Shown here piece by piece: positions 31,939 to 34,240 of a stretch of 34,240 nucleotides of DNA; position 1 is the stretch's first letter; each line of letters opens with the position of its first letter. This DNA is from Acidimicrobiales bacterium (GTDB lineage: Bacteria > Actinomycetota > Acidimicrobiia > Acidimicrobiales > RAAP-2): the NCBI GenBank assembly GCA_050743525.1, contig JBOGFV010000022.1:1-34240 (forward strand). The letters run 5' to 3'. The notes beneath the pieces were generated by a model. The model had not been told where the DNA came from and made no database searches. It worked only from the letters and a program-made list of their open reading frames with translations. A program made the translations under genes and the position numbers.

Positions 31939-33333
31939 ATGCGGACGGTCGACGTGGTGGTGGTGGGCCTCGGACCGGGGGGCGAGGACGTCGCCGGCAA
32001 GCTGGCCGAAGCGGGGCTTGAGGTGGTCGGGATCGACGCCGAGCTGGTCGGGGGCGAGTGCCCCTATTGGGGGTGCATCCCCTCCAAGATGATGATCCGG
32101 GCGGCCAACCTGTTGACCGAGGCCCGCCGCATCGAGGGCATGGCCGGCCACGCCGAGGTCGCTCCCGACTTCGCGCCGGTGGCCCGTCGCATCCGCGACG
32201 AGGCCACCGACACCTGGGACGACCAGGTCGCGGTGGATCGGCTGGTGTCGAAGGGCGCGACCTTCGTCCGGGGCTGGGCCCGCCTCCAGGGACCCCGCAC
32301 CGTCTCGGTGGGGGACGAGACCTTCGAGGCCCGCCGGGCCGTCGTGTTGAACCCGGGGGCGAGGGCGTGGGCGCCCCCCATCGAAGGGCTGGCCGACACC
32401 CCCTACTGGACCAATCGCGAGGCGATCGAGACCGAGTCGGTGCCGGAGCGGCTGATCGTGATCGGCGGGGGCGCCATCGGCCTCGAGCTCGGGCAGGTCT
32501 TCCTCCGGTTCGGAGCCGAGGTGACGACCCTCGAGACTGCGCCGCGCCTCTTGGCGCTGGAGGAGCCCGAGTCTTCGGAACTGATCACCGCTGCGCTCAC
32601 CGACGAGGGGATGCGCGTGCAGATGGGGGTGAAGATCATCTCGGTCCGCCACGATGGGGTCGCCTTCACCCTGTCGGTCGACGCCGTCGGCGAGCTCAGC
32701 ACCGACCGCCTCCTGGTCGCAACGGGGCGACGTCCCGACCTCAAGACACTGGGGGTCGGTGCCATCGGCCTCGACGAGTCGGCGCGTTCGATCCCGGTCG
32801 ACCAGCGGATGCGAGCCGCCGACGGGGTGTGGGCGATCGGCGACGTGACCGGTGCGGGCGCATTCACCCACGTCTCGATGTACCAGGCCGCCATCGCGGT
32901 CGACGACATCCTCGGCCGCGACGGCCCGGCCGCCGACTACCGGGCCCTACCCCGCGTCACCTTCACCGACCCCGAGGTCGGGTCGGTCGGGCTCACCGAG
33001 GCCCAGGCGCGCCAGCAGCATCCCAACGTGGCGGTCGGGATGGCCAATGTGGCCAGCTCGGCGCGGGGCTGGATCCACAAGGCCGGCAACGCCGGGCTGA
33101 TCAAGTTGGTGGCCGACGCCGACTCGGGCGTGCTGGTCGGCGCGACCTCGGCCGGGCCGGTGGGCGGCGAGGTTCTGTCGATGCTGGCCCTGGCCGTCCA
33201 CGCCCGGGTGCCGATCGGGACCCTGCGCACGATGATCTACGCGTACCCGACCTTCCACCGGGGCGTGGAAGACGCCCTACGGTCGCTGGCAGAAGAGATG
33301 CCAGCCGGCGCCGCCCCAGGCGCACAGGGCTAG
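31939..33333 (+). CDS. Class I pyridine nucleotide-disulfide oxidoreductase (flavoprotein disulfide reductase)
   Basis: ATG at 31939 within the longer track ORF. Motifs: VDVVVVGLGPGGEDVAGKLAEAG (FAD GxGxxG), the redox disulfide GGECPYWGCIPSK, LIVIGGGAIGLELGQ (NAD site), and the dimerisation-domain segment YAYPTFHRGVED. Confidence 0.85.
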   Translation: MRTVDVVVVGLGPGGEDVAGKLAEAGLEVVGIDAELVGGECPYWGCIPSKMMIRAANLLTEARRIEGMAGHAEVAPDFAPVARRIRDEATDTWDDQVAVDRLVSKGATFVRGWARLQGPRTVSVGDETFEARRAVVLNPGARAWAPPIEGLADTPYWTNREAIETESVPERLIVIGGGAIGLELGQVFLRFGAEVTTLETAPRLLALEEPESSELITAALTDEGMRVQMGVKIISVRHDGVAFTLSVDAVGELSTDRLLVATGRRPDLKTLGVGAIGLDESARSIPVDQRMRAADGVWAIGDVTGAGAFTHVSMYQAAIAVDDILGRDGPAADYRALPRVTFTDPEVGSVGLTEAQARQQHPNVAVGMANVASSARGWIHKAGNAGLIKLVADADSGVLVGATSAGPVGGEVLSMLALAVHARVPIGTLRTMIYAYPTFHRGVEDALRSLAEEMPAGAAPGAQG

Positions 33334-33486
33334 CGCCCGGCCCAACCACGACTGGGCGAACCATCGCAGCGCCGACACCGGGCCGGGCAGGTCTCGACGG
33401 ACCGAGGTCAGCGCCGCCCACGCCACCAGCGCGGCTCCGAGAATGGCCCAGACGACGGCCCCGACGCTCACCGCTTCTTGCGCCAT
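33277..33486 (-). CDS. Small two-TM membrane protein (hypothetical)
   Basis: Internal ATG at 33486 of track ORF 33277..33984. Sequence: MAQEAVSVGAVVWAILGAALVAWAALTS...WLGRALALCAWGGAGWHLF. In the 57-nt convergent overlap with the reductase gene, the minus frame has the higher GC3 by my count. Confidence 0.4.
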   Translation of the reverse strand: MAQEAVSVGAVVWAILGAALVAWAALTSVRRDLPGPVSALRWFAQSWLGRALALCAWGGAGWHLFCQRP

Positions 33487-33905
33487 CCGGTCGCCAAGGC
33501 TGCGCCGAGGGCCAGCCACACGGCCACCAGGCCGGCCCGCCCCGGTCGGCTGTCCGTCACGTGGCCGAAGATCGAGCTCAAGGTGGGCAGGTCGTGGTGC
33601 TGGTGCACGAAGCTGTTGAGGTCCCAACCGACGACGGCGAGGAGCAGGACCACCCAGATCACCGAGGCGAGGGTGGCCGCCGGTGCGCCGGCGTAGTGGC
33701 GGCGGACGGCCAGCGGGCCGGCCGCCCACTGGCGGGACCGCAACGGCTGGCGTCCCCGGCCGACGAGGACGGCGGCGCCGATCGCGAGCCCGATGGCGAC
33801 CAGGACGCCGGCGTGGGCGGCGACCGTGGCCTGCCCGAGCCCGCCCTCCCACCACGAGAAGGCGACGGCGGCGGCGAACGCCGCCACCTCTAACGTCCTG
33901 CTCAC
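33468..33905 (-). CDS. Four-TM integral membrane protein (hypothetical)
   Basis: 145 aa with hydrophobic helices (EVAAFAAAVAFSWW, VLVAIGLAIGAAVLV, VIWVVLLLAVVGW, LVAVWLALGAALATGW). The ORF looks clean and non-shadow. Confidence 0.65.
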   Translation of the reverse strand: MSRTLEVAAFAAAVAFSWWEGGLGQATVAAHAGVLVAIGLAIGAAVLVGRGRQPLRSRQWAAGPLAVRRHYAGAPAATLASVIWVVLLLAVVGWDLNSFVHQHHDLPTLSSIFGHVTDSRPGRAGLVAVWLALGAALATGWRKKR

Positions 33906-33943
33906 AGGGCAAAGGGTAGGGTGTCCCAGGATCGAAAGGGGAT

Positions 33944-34240
33944 GTGGTGACTCTCGTCCAATCCGACACCGACAGGGTCGACACGCTGGTCGATCAACTG
34001 CTGGCCGACTGCCCGCCCAAGGAGACCGACGCCACCAAGTTCCTCGGTGAGCAGTTCGACCGCGGACTCGCCTGGGTGCACTTCGCCGATGGCGAGGGCG
34101 GACTCGGCCTTTCGCCGGCCCTGCAGACCCGAGCGACCGCCCGGCTGATCGAGGGTGGCGCCCCCTCGGCGGCCATGCGCAACGTCATCGGCTACGGCAT
34201 GGTCGCCCCGACCATCGCGGTGCACGGCACCGAGGATCAG
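33944..34240 (+). CDS. Acyl-CoA dehydrogenase, N-terminal part (runs off the window)
   Basis: Not in the track because there is no stop. My own translation from GTG 33944, which follows a GAAAGGGGA site: VVTLVQSDTDRVDTLVDQLLADCPPKETDATKFLGEQFDRGLAWVHFADGEGGLGLSPALQTRATARLIEGGAPSAAMRNVIGYGMVAPTIAVHGTEDQ. This is a typical ACAD N-terminal helical domain. Confidence 0.8.
   Translation, partial: MVTLVQSDTDRVDTLVDQLLADCPPKETDATKFLGEQFDRGLAWVHFADGEGGLGLSPALQTRATARLIEGGAPSAAMRNVIGYGMVAPTIAVHGTEDQ

Noticed and set aside
31939-33333. Calling the flavoprotein reductase mercuric reductase (MerA)
   Set aside because: It has no N-terminal HMA (NmerA) domain, no C-terminal Cys-Cys pair, and no merR/merT/merP genes nearby. 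Only the generic class I CxxxxC redox motif is present.
1-34240. CRISPR arrays, tRNA/rRNA genes, IS elements, integrases, prophage genes, toxin-antitoxin pairs
   Set aside because: A scan of all intergenic regions longer than 80 bp and all ORF translations showed no regularly spaced repeats. It also showed no T-loop/anticodon-arm patterns, no transposase (DDE) or recombinase motifs, and no small paired ORFs typical of toxin-antitoxin systems. This is a by-eye result and would need tRNAscan, Infernal and ISfinder to confirm.

Overview
This is a high-GC (about 70%) chromosomal segment that looks actinobacterial. That taxon call rests only on composition, frequent GTG/TTG starts, 1-8 nt start/stop overlaps and gene content. 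I support about 35 protein-coding genes. By eye I found no rRNA, tRNA, CRISPR array, transposase or integrase. Most very long ORFs in the track are antisense or out-of-frame shadows of real genes, which is typical of high-GC DNA. Gene blocks from left to right: (1) 1-3974: a membrane protein cut by the window edge, plus a duplicated family III CoA-transferase. (2) 4330-9781: a signalling locus. An FHA-PrsW intramembrane protease gene sits divergent from a four-gene operon encoding a single-pass Cys-rich membrane protein, a vWA protein, a PP2C phosphatase and a Ser/Thr kinase. This is my best candidate for an undescribed system. (3) 9864-17632: housekeeping and accessory genes (arsC, formamidase, two APH-like kinases, VOC, GNAT, EamA, small secreted proteins). 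(4) 17737-19504: an ECF sigma factor translationally coupled to a triple-VOC protein. (5) 19600-23069: DUF1345, a frameshifted Zn-ribbon/P-loop kinase, a DoxX-Rieske fusion with a Tat-Rieske paralog, and a truncated acyl-CoA ligase stub. (6) 23127-28697: a siderophore-interacting reductase, mscL, then a copper module. The module is CopZ, a Cu P-type ATPase with an unusual C-terminal extracytoplasmic extension, and a secreted PHM/DBH-like copper monooxygenase. (7) 29401-33333: a tightly overlapped SDR, HDAC-like, CHAD and flavoprotein disulfide reductase operon. (8) 33277-34240: small membrane proteins and the start of an acyl-CoA dehydrogenase. At least five loci look broken, truncated or frame-hopping, so either gene decay or indel errors in the assembly should be considered. 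All functional calls come from motif recognition by eye. No database search was run.
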